Shown: positions 27,430 through 36,415 of the stretch, in pieces
Layout: the number at the start of each line of letters is the position of its first letter
Numbering within the stretch: position 1 is the first letter of the stretch
IMG/VR virus record: IMGVR_UViG_3300009159_000053
Location: 22,893 to 86,892 of that record
Source: a virus
Length of the DNA: 64,000 nt
Strand: one strand, 5' to 3'
Position numbers and translations under genes: made by a program
The notes under the pieces: generated by a model
Told to the model about the DNA's origin: nothing
The model's input: the letters and a program-made list of their open reading frames with translations, nothing else
Database searches by the model: none

Positions 27430-29468
27430 TATTTACTCCCCATCGCTTGAAGATCTTTATCATTTAATAGTATTTCTTTTATTTTTTTGGCTAGAGAGTT
27501 AGCCTCTGCTATTGATGCATTGGCTAAATTTACATTTACATTTACGGTGTTTGTTCCAACACTTGCGGTAGATACTCCTGAAGTATGTTGCAAATACTTT
27601 CCACTAGTATAGGTAGTCCATGGATTAAAGTTTGTTCCACCTTTAGAAATATCATAAGCAATTTTTGCATTTATAGTTGGATCTTTAAGACTTTCAGGTC
27701 CTGTGTAACCTATGGATTTATATTTCTTTAGATAAGCCTCATTACGTTTTACGCCCATATTAGGATTACGAGGATCATTGTTCTCCATATTAATTTGAAA
27801 TAATCCGTAAGACTTATCAAGACCTGTTGGATTGTATGCGTTTGCTCTTCCACCAGATTCAGCCTTTACAATTCCGTAGGCTGTATTTAAGGATGCTCCG
27901 CTAAACCCAGCATTTTGTAGAGTTTGTACTAAACCAGGATCCATTCCAGCCGCCATCTGTGTTCCTGTTTGAGATGTTTGGACTGCGTTAGCAGGAGTTC
28001 CAAACATACTTGCTAATGCTTTAGTACCTAAATAACCAAGGCCAGATAAAATTCCCCCACCAATTGCTCCAGGAACTGCGCCAATTCCACCAAAGAATGC
28101 TCCACCAATTCCACCAGCCGCAGCACCTATGCCAACTGTGCTTAAAAATCCCTGACCAGTTGCTGCACCAACAGCGCCACCAAGCACTGGTACTGCTCTT
28201 CCTAACCCTGTCATACCAACCTTAGCAGCAGTTGCAGCGCCACCAGATGCAAGCACACTCGTCGCACCCTTTGCAGCCATTGCAGCCATTGCTTTCCTTG
28301 CGCCAGCGGCTATTGCAACTGTGGATACACCCGCAGCAATTCCTCCAGCAACTCCACTGACAACTGACCCGCCAGGTGTATTAGAGAATCCTTGAACAAA
28401 TCCTTTTGCTTTAAAGAACCCATCAGGCAATCTTTCTAACTGTGCATTTAATGCGGCCGCTGCAGTTGCTGCATTATTAAACCCAGCAATCATTGGCTCT
28501 GTACCCCGCTCCATCAATGACGTCATTGATGTAGCAATTTTCATTTGTGCATTTAATGGGTTATCAGGATTAAAGGGTGCATTTTCTAAATCAATATTTC
28601 TTTTACCTGCAGCCATGTCTGTGAGCAGGGTTCCAAACATTTCTTGTTGTGATTGAGAAAATCCTAGAGCCTTTAAAGATTGTCCTGCAAAACCCTCACG
28701 CAAAGCCACCGACATTTGTTCAGCAGTTACTTTTCTACCTTGCGTCATTCTGTCAAAGAGTTGTTTAGCAATGTCTCCAGTAGATCTGGCTTTTCCAGTT
28801 TTTGGATCAAAAGTACTAATACCATATTGATAAAGATTTCCACCCATTGCACCAGTGTGCAAACCACCTATAGCCTGAGCAGCAGTAGCATTTGGCATAC
28901 CTAAGTAACGTGCAGCGCCACCAACTTCTTGCATTGCTCTAGTAAAGTCTGCAGTTCCTGGCATGTAATTATATCCTTGGACAAGCATTGCAGCGGCTGC
29001 GGCATCTTCACCAGGACCTGTAATTCCTCCACCCAAAGCACCAAAGGTGGCCCGTGCTAATCCAGCACGATTCATGGCTCCAGCACTACGAAGTGATGCG
29101 GTGTAAAAACCAGATGCACGAGCAATAGTTGTTCCAAGATCTGGAATTGCATCGTACATTCCGCCAGCAACACCTAAACCAAACTGAACTCCACCAACTG
29201 CAGCAGCACCTTTTTTAGTGTATAGCCATGGCATCATTCCGCCTTGGCTATTACCTGTTCCATTACTAAACTGAGCGTTGTTACTTCCTAAACCTAAACT
29301 AGATCCTTGGCCAACACTTGGAGTTAAGATTGAAGTTACAGATTTTAAAGTGGTACCAGCAAGTCCACTTAATCTTTTTAATGCCGACTCTATAGAACTT
29401 AATTTTTTTACAGTATTATCTAGACCTGCATTAAGCCCAGATACTTGGGAGATAGGGTCTTTAGCCAC
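27429..29468 (-). CDS. Tape measure protein with C-terminal lytic transglycosylase domain
   Basis: Gly/Ala-rich body; KAESGG...SYGLFQIN...NA...W..Y. Confidence 0.85.
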   Translation of the reverse strand: MAKDPISQVSGLNAGLDNTVKKLSSIESALKRLSGLAGTTLKSVTSILTPSVGQGSSLGLGSNNAQFSNGTGNSQGGMMPWLYTKKGAAAVGGVQFGLGVAGGMYDAIPDLGTTIARASGFYTASLRSAGAMNRAGLARATFGALGGGITGPGEDAAAAAMLVQGYNYMPGTADFTRAMQEVGGAARYLGMPNATAAQAIGGLHTGAMGGNLYQYGISTFDPKTGKARSTGDIAKQLFDRMTQGRKVTAEQMSVALREGFAGQSLKALGFSQSQQEMFGTLLTDMAAGKRNIDLENAPFNPDNPLNAQMKIATSMTSLMERGTEPMIAGFNNAATAAAALNAQLERLPDGFFKAKGFVQGFSNTPGGSVVSGVAGGIAAGVSTVAIAAGARKAMAAMAAKGATSVLASGGAATAAKVGMTGLGRAVPVLGGAVGAATGQGFLSTVGIGAAAGGIGGAFFGGIGAVPGAIGGGILSGLGYLGTKALASMFGTPANAVQTSQTGTQMAAGMDPGLVQTLQNAGFSGASLNTAYGIVKAESGGRANAYNPTGLDKSYGLFQINMENNDPRNPNMGVKRNEAYLKKYKSIGYTGPESLKDPTINAKIAYDISKGGTNFNPWTTYTSGKYLQHTSGVSTASVGTNTVNVNVNLANASIAEANSLAKKIKEILLNDKDLQAMGSK

Positions 29469-29637
29469 TTGTCATCCTTTCGTATCTAACTCGGGCAACC
29501 TCTAACCAGTTACTTCTCTCTCGTCGAGACATGTCCTTTATCTCTGAGAGAGACCAACTGTCGTACAACTCACTTATGGCAGACCATTCAGAGAACAATC
29601 TGACATAACCAATTACATTAGAACTGAAATAAGGATC
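29461..29637 (-). CDS. Second tail-chaperone reading frame (probable frameshift extension; not in ORF track)
   Basis: Open frame ...SEWSAISELYDSWSLSEIKDMSRRERSNWL...; no ATG near its 5' end and no RBS. Confidence 0.7.
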   Translation of the reverse strand, partial: DPYFSSNVIGYVRLFSEWSAISELYDSWSLSEIKDMSRRERSNWLEVARVRYERMTSG

Positions 29638-30421
29638 CTAAATTAATAGGAACCGTTACCTCACTTCCTGTGTCAGGATCAACAACTACCACATCCTCAA
29701 ACTGAGGACCTGGTGCTCTCTTGTTAATCTCGTCAATAATTTTTCTACGATCAATTACGCTAAGTGCAAGCACTTGGCTCTTGCTATATACAGGGTTCTC
29801 ACCAATACGGACAACGGTGTTCTCTAGAACAATTGTGCTTAGTTCTGCAGGTGTCTTCTCCATATTGTTAATCATTTCTCGCTGTACAACTCCATTAGGA
29901 AGTTTGACTGTGTAGTCAATAGACTTTCCTTTAACAGTAAATACCCGCTCATTTATTGGGTCAGTAAGAAGTTTTACTTTAATATCTGTATTGACATCAA
30001 CTTCTACAAGTTTATCTTCACCATCAACAAATATTGGGATCTTTATTTTGCTACCAAAGGTTGCTTTTAAAATTCCAAGAAGAATGGCATCTCTATCACC
30101 AACTAGTAGATCATCAAGGATCTTGTCTGTGGCTGGTTCATTACCAATCTTTACAGTTCCTAGTTGTAGAACTGTAAGAATTGCTTTACCTAAATTATTA
30201 GTCTTTGAAATTGTCTCTTCATCTTTACCGTTAAGTTCACGAACTTCTGCGGTTCTGATGACCTCCCCAGCGGCGTTTATATAGCCGCCAGGAAGTTCAA
30301 CAGTAGTATCTGAAGGAGATACAATTTCAGGCGTTCTTTCTTTTGGCGTTTCATTTATCGCCTTGTTTAACAGTTGATTTGCTAATGCGGGATTAACCGC
30401 TGCACTAATTGTGTTCGTCAT
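29618..30421 (-). CDS. Tail assembly chaperone
   Basis: VELPGG, VRELNGKDEE, LLVGDRDAILLGI; lies between the tube and tape measure genes. Confidence 0.75.
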   Translation of the reverse strand: MTNTISAAVNPALANQLLNKAINETPKERTPEIVSPSDTTVELPGGYINAAGEVIRTAEVRELNGKDEETISKTNNLGKAILTVLQLGTVKIGNEPATDKILDDLLVGDRDAILLGILKATFGSKIKIPIFVDGEDKLVEVDVNTDIKVKLLTDPINERVFTVKGKSIDYTVKLPNGVVQREMINNMEKTPAELSTIVLENTVVRIGENPVYSKSQVLALSVIDRRKIIDEINKRAPGPQFEDVVVVDPDTGSEVTVPINLGSLFQF

Positions 30422-30444
30422 TGTTATCCTTTGTTAGATTATGC

Positions 30445-31068
30445 TTAGAACGCTGCTGCGTCTGTAGATAAGTTTGCTGCCCAGTTAACATTAAAGCCCT
30501 CATGGACTAGAGTCATCTGTTCAACAAGTAGAGCATTATCACCTGCGTTTAGATCTGAGTATGCCACAGCAGTTGGCCAGCAGTTGTAAACTTCAAAACG
30601 CATTGCTACGTGGTCTGTTGCTGCTGGAGAGTTTTGAGCAGTCTCACCTGCTGATGGAACTGGATGAGATAAGACTTTAATCTCTAGATCGCAACGGAAG
30701 TTTTCATTCTTAGCACGGGTTGAACCCCCACCTTGAACTGTTGCGAATAGGTTACGCATCCATTCCCAGTTTTGATTTGTTCCAAGAATTACGCCACGTT
30801 GTAACGTAATAGGAGCAAACGTAGTCTGTCCAGGAATCTGGTGAACGGTAGTGTTGTATCCACCTTCACGGTAAGGAATGGAGTCGGTTGTAACCGCCAT
30901 TCCAGAGATTGATGTAAAACCAAAAGTAACTGCATTAGCAAGATTGTTAGTTGCAGTACTAGTTGGTGCACCACCAACACTTGTCAATGGTTTAAACGTA
31001 ACTAAAAATCTAAAGTTACGTAACGGATCGGTAATTAAATTTGACCGATTATTAATGATTGTAGGCAT
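30445..31068 (-). CDS. Tail tube protein (T4 gp19-like)
   Basis: DPLRNFRF, YREGG, ITLQRG, NCWP, L.HEG. Confidence 0.93.
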   Translation of the reverse strand: MPTIINNRSNLITDPLRNFRFLVTFKPLTSVGGAPTSTATNNLANAVTFGFTSISGMAVTTDSIPYREGGYNTTVHQIPGQTTFAPITLQRGVILGTNQNWEWMRNLFATVQGGGSTRAKNENFRCDLEIKVLSHPVPSAGETAQNSPAATDHVAMRFEVYNCWPTAVAYSDLNAGDNALLVEQMTLVHEGFNVNWAANLSTDAAAF

Positions 31069-31089
31069 TTATTTATTATCTCCTTCGGG

Positions 31090-32601
31090 TTAGTTCAGCG
31101 TCTTTTGGCTGAGATCGATGACGATGAACTCTGCTGGATATTGAAGAGCAACACCAACTTGAATGTGAACTTCACCATTTGCAATATCTGCATCTGAGTT
31201 GTTCTCTGCATCGCACTTTACAAAGTAAGCCTGTGCTGGAGTTGCTCCACGCAGACCACCCTGATTGCGATACTCATTTAAGAATGATCCAAGATTTGTG
31301 TTTATACGTGCCCACAGTCTTTCATCATTGTTTTCAAATAATGCAAACTCTGTTAAGTTCTTTAGGTTCTTGCGGATGTAAATTAAAGAACGACGCATGT
31401 TCACATACTTGTTTGCAGTTCCATCTTGCTTTAATGTACGAGCACCCATTACAGAAAGTCCAGCACCAGGGATTTGGCGAATTGGATTTACTGGGGATGT
31501 GCTTGCATTCATTGTGTCTAACTCTGCAGAGGTAAATGACTTTTCTACAGAAACGATTCCTAGTACTGGAGTTGAGATACCAGCAGGAGCCTTGAATACG
31601 CCACGGCTTGCATCTGTTGATAGGTAAAGACCAACAACTGCGCCAGTAGGTTCAATCTTACGAAGTGCTCCAGAACTACGTCCTAGTGGATCAGAAATGA
31701 ACACGTTAGGATAGTAGACAGCAGCATTGCTTGTATCTGCAAGAGAACCAGCAAAAGAAACAGCATTTGCAACTGTTAAATCTGGATCGGTTCCAATTAC
31801 AACAAAGCCGTTACTGTCTTCTGCCCAAGATGTTGCAGCATCAAAGACTGAAACTGTTCCAGATGCTAATGCATTTGCAACAGGTAGGAATAGTACTAGT
31901 GGACGGTCTAGTGAGGTAAAGCGCTCAAATACTGACGAACCACCAGCCTTGTAGTTGGTGTAGTCAGTAGCAGCGGTTGCTGTGCCATTTGAACCACTTG
32001 TTAGTGGGTAGGTTGCTAGAGTAATAGATGCACCAGCATAACCACCAGCAACAGATACTGAGATGTTTGGTGAAATAATGTTAATTACTGTTGGAGCATA
32101 ATCACTTGAAGCAGCGTCATTAAATACAATATTTGAATATTGTTCAAGAAGAATGTCATCAGAAATGTCGTTTGCTACACCTGACTCTTTGTAAAGAGTA
32201 AGTGTATAAGTGCTTGCAACGTCACCAGCAGTCAATACAACACGAAGGTTGTTACCATCTGTTCCAGCGTTCTTTGAAGTAACAGTCGCAGCAGTTGCAC
32301 CGCCACCATCTGTTAAGTTTCTAGAAGCAGCAACAGCGTTAGCCGCAAGCAGACGTTGAACATAAAGTTCACGTCCACCATTACTAAAGAATGAGCCAAC
32401 TTGGAAGGTGGCTGGATAGGTTGCGTTGTAACCTCCGAAGTACTTGGTAAATTCATACCAAGAGTTAACAAGGGTTACTGTTTCTGGGCCTTGTGCAAAA
32501 GGTGCAACAATTGCGCCAGCAGCATTTGCAGTAACTCCACTTGGGAGTACTGGTGGTAGTAGGCGTTCACTTATGTAAACACCTGGACGGCTATAAGCCA
32601 T
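31090..32601 (-). CDS. Contractile tail sheath protein
   Basis: PGVYI.E, AAVYYP, RGVFKAPAG, GARTL, FENND, AYFVKCD, PAEF. Confidence 0.95.
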   Translation of the reverse strand: MAYSRPGVYISERLLPPVLPSGVTANAAGAIVAPFAQGPETVTLVNSWYEFTKYFGGYNATYPATFQVGSFFSNGGRELYVQRLLAANAVAASRNLTDGGGATAATVTSKNAGTDGNNLRVVLTAGDVASTYTLTLYKESGVANDISDDILLEQYSNIVFNDAASSDYAPTVINIISPNISVSVAGGYAGASITLATYPLTSGSNGTATAATDYTNYKAGGSSVFERFTSLDRPLVLFLPVANALASGTVSVFDAATSWAEDSNGFVVIGTDPDLTVANAVSFAGSLADTSNAAVYYPNVFISDPLGRSSGALRKIEPTGAVVGLYLSTDASRGVFKAPAGISTPVLGIVSVEKSFTSAELDTMNASTSPVNPIRQIPGAGLSVMGARTLKQDGTANKYVNMRRSLIYIRKNLKNLTEFALFENNDERLWARINTNLGSFLNEYRNQGGLRGATPAQAYFVKCDAENNSDADIANGEVHIQVGVALQYPAEFIVIDLSQKTLN

Positions 32602-32632
32602 TTTTTCTCCTAACTAGTTTGGGGGAGGGACC

Positions 32633-33532
32633 TTATGGTGCCGATTGAGTGTACGTATCGATGGTAGTGAACTGAGAGCGACCAAGGGTCTGACTTCCAG
32701 TTGTACCTGTGACGTTTAGTTGCAACACTTTGTACATCTTATTGAATGTTTCAGCCGCAATCTCAGATGAGACACGGACTGTTATTGCATTTACAAATAG
32801 TCTTTTTCCTTGTTCTGTAATATCTCTCTTAGAAATATCAAGAACATCCAAACGACGAGTTGTTCCAAACACAGTATTTGGTCCTGTATCTAAAACAGCA
32901 AATCGTAATGGAATCTTTGAGTAAAGAAGTTGTGCCAAAATTTGACGGTCATGTCTTGGTTGGCGAGAAAAAGAAGTTATTTGATAATCAATGTTTACTG
33001 GAATTGGATAGTTTATATCCCAGTTATGCTCATCAGTATCCCAAGCAGTATTTGTACCAATGACTGATGGGTTAGTTAAATAGGCTGGCTTTACTCTACC
33101 TCTCATGGCACGAGAAAAGTCTTCAGAGATATCAATCATATCAATAGTTATATAAGGATAAGACTGCGCTCTGATTTCCTGATCGGGTTGTCCAAACCAT
33201 ACTCCTACTTTTCTAGTAGTTCCTGGAGTAGCAGTGCCACCTGAAGCAACTCTTGCAATGTTTGCATTTGTTTTTGCATATTTAAATGTAGTAGAAGTTG
33301 GAATTAACGTAATGTTGTAGGTGCCATTAAAGGGCGTTGAAGCACCAGCAATTGTAACTGTGTCTCCAACTTCAAAGCCGTGCTCTGTAGATGTAGTTAT
33401 TGTAACTACATTGGTAGTAAGCGCTTTGTGTGTAATAGTTTTTGCCGTTGCAGATGCAGCCTGTTGATCAGTAACGGTCATCTCCTTTAAGAGATTTCTT
33501 AGTGCTTCATCTTCATCTAATAAGAATGTCAT
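32633..33532 (-). CDS. Tail terminator/completion protein with an inserted beta module
   Basis: YPYITID; P.NIDYQI...R..RHD; directly upstream of the sheath gene. Confidence 0.6.
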   Translation of the reverse strand: MTFLLDEDEALRNLLKEMTVTDQQAASATAKTITHKALTTNVVTITTSTEHGFEVGDTVTIAGASTPFNGTYNITLIPTSTTFKYAKTNANIARVASGGTATPGTTRKVGVWFGQPDQEIRAQSYPYITIDMIDISEDFSRAMRGRVKPAYLTNPSVIGTNTAWDTDEHNWDINYPIPVNIDYQITSFSRQPRHDRQILAQLLYSKIPLRFAVLDTGPNTVFGTTRRLDVLDISKRDITEQGKRLFVNAITVRVSSEIAAETFNKMYKVLQLNVTGTTGSQTLGRSQFTTIDTYTQSAP

Positions 33533-33849
33533 AGGTGACCATCCAGATGTCTCATAGCACGATTAACTAAAAACTTTTCAGCCTCAGTCTGTCTGTTATT
33601 AAATCTACGTATAGCAGCAGTTGGCTGTGTATCTGGGGTTCCGTATTCAAGATCTAGGATCTGAACTTTATGGGCTGGGTTTCCATGAACTGTAAAGGAT
33701 CCATTATCATGGCGAACATGCAGGTGCTTAACAATCTTTTCTGGCCAACCAGAAGCACGGGCCTCTGAACGCAAGTGAGCGCCCATGAAGCGTGTAGTTT
33801 CTACACTGGCTTTAGTTAGGGATTCTTTGGCTCTCTTTAGGTAGGTCAC
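33529..33849 (-). CDS. Probable neck/tail completion protein
   Basis: LEYGT motif; position. Confidence 0.5.
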   Translation of the reverse strand: MTYLKRAKESLTKASVETTRFMGAHLRSEARASGWPEKIVKHLHVRHDNGSFTVHGNPAHKVQILDLEYGTPDTQPTAAIRRFNNRQTEAEKFLVNRAMRHLDGHL

Positions 33850-34052
33850 TTCTTCTTCTTCGCTTTCGCCTTCGCTTTTGCGCCAACGTACACAGCACCA
33901 GCAAGATAGGCTGCGGTTGTACCTGCAAGAATCGATGCGATAGCGGGACGTTTTTCTTTAGGGCGGAATCCAAACACACCCCGAATAAACTCTTCACGTT
34001 CGCCTTGATTATTCATCTCAGCGACCTGTTCGTACCAAGGCTTATAAGCCAT
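33846..34052 (-). CDS. Small protein with a hydrophobic helix and Lys-rich tail
   Basis: Start moved to MAYKPW. Confidence 0.6.
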   Translation of the reverse strand: MAYKPWYEQVAEMNNQGEREEFIRGVFGFRPKEKRPAIASILAGTTAAYLAGAVYVGAKAKAKAKKKK

Positions 34053-34130
34053 AATAAATAACCCCTTTATCGCAACCTGTGGGACAGTAGTCAGGCACCG
34101 CAGCGGTGTTCTGATATAGCAATGATAAAT

Positions 34131-34154
34131 GAAAAAGCCACCCGTAGGTGGCTT
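34131..34154 (-). terminator. Intrinsic terminator closing the basic-peptide array
   Basis: AAGCCACC-TACG-GGTGGCTT followed by TTTC. Confidence 0.85.
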
Positions 34155-34159
34155 AGTCA

Positions 34160-34405
34160 TTACTTCTTTTTCTTTTCTCGCTTGTCTTCAGCCTTCTCGC
34201 CTTTTTTACCTTCTTTGGCTTCGTGCTTCTTAGATGCGGATTTAATCTTCTTTATATTAGCAACATCCATCTTGCGGTCATCCTCTTGGGACTTAGGCTT
34301 GCGATGCTTCTTATCCATCTTTTCAAACTTGGCCTTCTCTTCTTTATCCAATCCCTTTGTGGTCTTGGCATCCTGCTTCTTGTCAGAGGCCTTGGTGTAC
34401 TTCAT
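34160..34405 (-). CDS. Lys-rich charged small protein
   Basis: 81 aa; TAATG coupling. Confidence 0.8.
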   Translation of the reverse strand: MKYTKASDKKQDAKTTKGLDKEEKAKFEKMDKKHRKPKSQEDDRKMDVANIKKIKSASKKHEAKEGKKGEKAEDKREKKKK

Positions 34406-34524
34406 TAGACGATCTTCTTTTTCTTCTTCTTCTTTAGCGCTTTAAAATCTGCGCCAGTAATTTTATCAGCAGGCTTTGCAGCGTTAGCAATCTTCATCTG
34501 CTTAGGGCTTAGTGACTTCTTCAT
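34405..34524 (-). CDS. Lys-rich peptide, 39 aa (not in ORF track)
   Basis: MKKSLSPKQMKIANAAKPADKITGADFKALKKKKKKKIV; TAATG at both ends. Confidence 0.8.
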   Translation of the reverse strand: MKKSLSPKQMKIANAAKPADKITGADFKALKKKKKKKIV

Positions 34525-34589
34525 TACTTACCCTTCTGGCAAGTGGAACACTTGCACTTGCAGTTCTTCATTGTGCACTTAAGAGCCAT
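34524..34589 (-). CDS. Cys/Lys peptide, 21 aa (not in ORF track)
   Basis: MALKCTMKNCKCKCSTCQKGK; TAATG at both ends. Confidence 0.7.
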   Translation of the reverse strand: MALKCTMKNCKCKCSTCQKGK

Positions 34590-34708
34590 TATTTTTTGTC
34601 CTTCTTTTTCTTGTCTGTCTTCTTCTTAGCATACTTCTTATTAGCAGCGGCTAGAGTCTTCATGCCGTGCTTATCTTTTGGCTTCATACAGCCACAGGTG
34701 CTACACAT
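34589..34708 (-). CDS. Cys/Lys-rich peptide, 39 aa (not in ORF track)
   Basis: MCSTCGCMKPKDKHGMKTLAAANKKYAKKKTDKKKKDKK. Confidence 0.75.
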   Translation of the reverse strand: MCSTCGCMKPKDKHGMKTLAAANKKYAKKKTDKKKKDKK

Positions 34709-34710
34709 AT

Positions 34711-34887
34711 TTATTTACCTTTCGTCTTAGTCTTCTTAGCCTTTTTAGCAACTGCTGCATTATCGACTAAGTTTGGGTAGGGGCGTCCTGCTGCCTTGGC
34801 TCTCGCCTTAGCCGCAGACTTCTGAGATGGTGTTAACTTCTTATCTTTACCTGAAGGATCTTTTGTATTCCAAAATGCTTTTGCCAT
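34711..34887 (-). CDS. Lys/Ala-rich small protein
   Basis: MAKAFW...AKARAKAAGRPYPNLVDN; TAATG start. Confidence 0.8.
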   Translation of the reverse strand: MAKAFWNTKDPSGKDKKLTPSQKSAAKARAKAAGRPYPNLVDNAAVAKKAKKTKTKGK

Positions 34888-35147
34888 TAACAATCCCACT
34901 TTCTTAATGCTAGTGCCTTACGAGTTGGCTTGCCATTCTTTTCCATTGGTCCCTTGACCCCACCCATTCTTGCACAAAATGATTTACGACGTGCTGCTTT
35001 TTTAGGAGACTTCTTTGCCTCTTTTGCCGATACTGGAGGTTTTAATGTTCCGCCAGTTTCACGCTTATAGGATGCACGACCCTTTGCATTTAATCCACCC
35101 TCTGGATTCTTACCTTCCTTGCGTTGCCATGCTGCTGTCTTTGCCAT
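34887..35147 (-). CDS. Basic small phage protein (DUF6321-like)
   Basis: AWQRKEGKNPEGGLNAKGRASY...RRKSFCARM...LRKWDC. Confidence 0.8.
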   Translation of the reverse strand: MAKTAAWQRKEGKNPEGGLNAKGRASYKRETGGTLKPPVSAKEAKKSPKKAARRKSFCARMGGVKGPMEKNGKPTRKALALRKWDC

Positions 35148-35398
35148 TATCGTCCCTGACTTCTATGAGGATTGCTTTTGTGCCAACTCTTTACAGCCTT
35201 GACACCTTGCTTAACAGTCTTTGATCCGCCCATTTTTGTGAGATTGATTTTATCCCACTTACCTTGATTGGTATTGGTGTGCTCAACAACCACATCACCC
35301 TTTTTATTTTTAGAAACTTTATGAACTACCTTGGCTTTTTTCTTAGGAACACCAATAGCAAGAGTTACTGGCTTTTCTGGCTTCTTCTTATCAGCCAT
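35147..35398 (-). CDS. Lys-rich small protein
   Basis: 83 aa; TAATG coupling. Confidence 0.8.
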   Translation of the reverse strand: MADKKKPEKPVTLAIGVPKKKAKVVHKVSKNKKGDVVVEHTNTNQGKWDKINLTKMGGSKTVKQGVKAVKSWHKSNPHRSQGR

Positions 35399-35580
35399 TA
35401 AGCCACCGACTTCTTATGCTTATAACGAATTGGGGCTTTAGGTTTTCTCACTATGCCGCCCTTCTTTCGTTTTAATTTAGCACCGCCAGCCTCGTATTTA
35501 CTCTCAGTAACATTTGTTTGAATATTCTTCTGTGGCTGCTTACCAGCCCTTGCTCCAATGTTCCTGCGCCGTCTTGCCAT
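35398..35580 (-). CDS. Arg/Lys-rich small protein
   Basis: MARRRRNIGARAGK...; TAATG coupling. Confidence 0.75.
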   Translation of the reverse strand: MARRRRNIGARAGKQPQKNIQTNVTESKYEAGGAKLKRKKGGIVRKPKAPIRYKHKKSVA

Positions 35581-35762
35581 TACTTACTCTTCTTCTTCTT
35601 TGACATTCCCGCTTCGCTCATTGCAATAGCAACAGCCTGCTTCTTTGATTTAACAACTGGGCCTTTACCAGGACCCCTCTTACCTGAGTGCAACTTTCCT
35701 TCTTTGTACTCCTTCATAACCTTTTCAACTTTGCCTTTTGCTTTTTTAGTTGCCATCATCAT
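35580..35762 (-). CDS. Basic small protein (DUF6496-like)
   Basis: KVEKVMKEYKEGKLHSG...VKSKKQAVAIAMSEAG. Confidence 0.8.
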   Translation of the reverse strand: MMMATKKAKGKVEKVMKEYKEGKLHSGKRGPGKGPVVKSKKQAVAIAMSEAGMSKKKKSK

Positions 35763-35843
35763 CCTCTTCTACTTGGTCATCTAATTCTACCGCATCAAAC
35801 TCAAAGAGAGATGGGTCTAATAACTCTTCAAAATTTCCCAAGG

Positions 35844-36377
35844 CTAGTTTGCGTATGCTTGGAACTGAGGATCATTTACTAACTCCTCTGAGTTGACTAG
35901 GTTGCAGTCTATAGTTACTACTGAATAACGTTCGGCGTATCTTCCACGAGGTAAGACTCTGGTAGGAACAAATACTGCATCTTGGAATACGACACGATCC
36001 TTAATGTGTTGGTTTGGATCGGTGACCATTGCAGGGAGTAATCTATTTATATCTGCTACAGAAACAACGAGGCGCAGAGTATCTACTACGTAGAATCCTC
36101 GTTCATTCATTATGTTTGTACCACGCATTAATTGCGCCAAAATTACGGGCAAATCAAAGGGGTCATTCCATCTGCGGCCCTTAGTAGGATCTTGATTTGA
36201 TACATCGTAAACTGGATCTACGTAATTGGCATAGTCAGCAGCAAGTGCTGCATCATCCCAACTCCACCAATCAACAATTGTTCCTACAGGATCACGGAGT
36301 TCATCGACCATACCCTCATCCATAGAGAGAGTCTCAAAACCTATCTTAAATCGTCCTTGGACTTTTGAACCACGCAT
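35844..36377 (-). CDS. Probable head-closure/neck protein
   Basis: 177-aa ORF; assigned from position and DPVYD/DRVVF pattern. Confidence 0.5.
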   Translation of the reverse strand: MRGSKVQGRFKIGFETLSMDEGMVDELRDPVGTIVDWWSWDDAALAADYANYVDPVYDVSNQDPTKGRRWNDPFDLPVILAQLMRGTNIMNERGFYVVDTLRLVVSVADINRLLPAMVTDPNQHIKDRVVFQDAVFVPTRVLPRGRYAERYSVVTIDCNLVNSEELVNDPQFQAYAN

Positions 36378-36415
36378 GGTGTGGATTATCCCCTACCGTT
36401 ATTTTTATAAAAGGA

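Noticed and set aside
19309-33532. Tail module resembling an extracellular contractile injection system or tailocin
   Set aside because: Terminase, portal, scaffold, capsid and replication genes are in the same element, so this is a phage tail.
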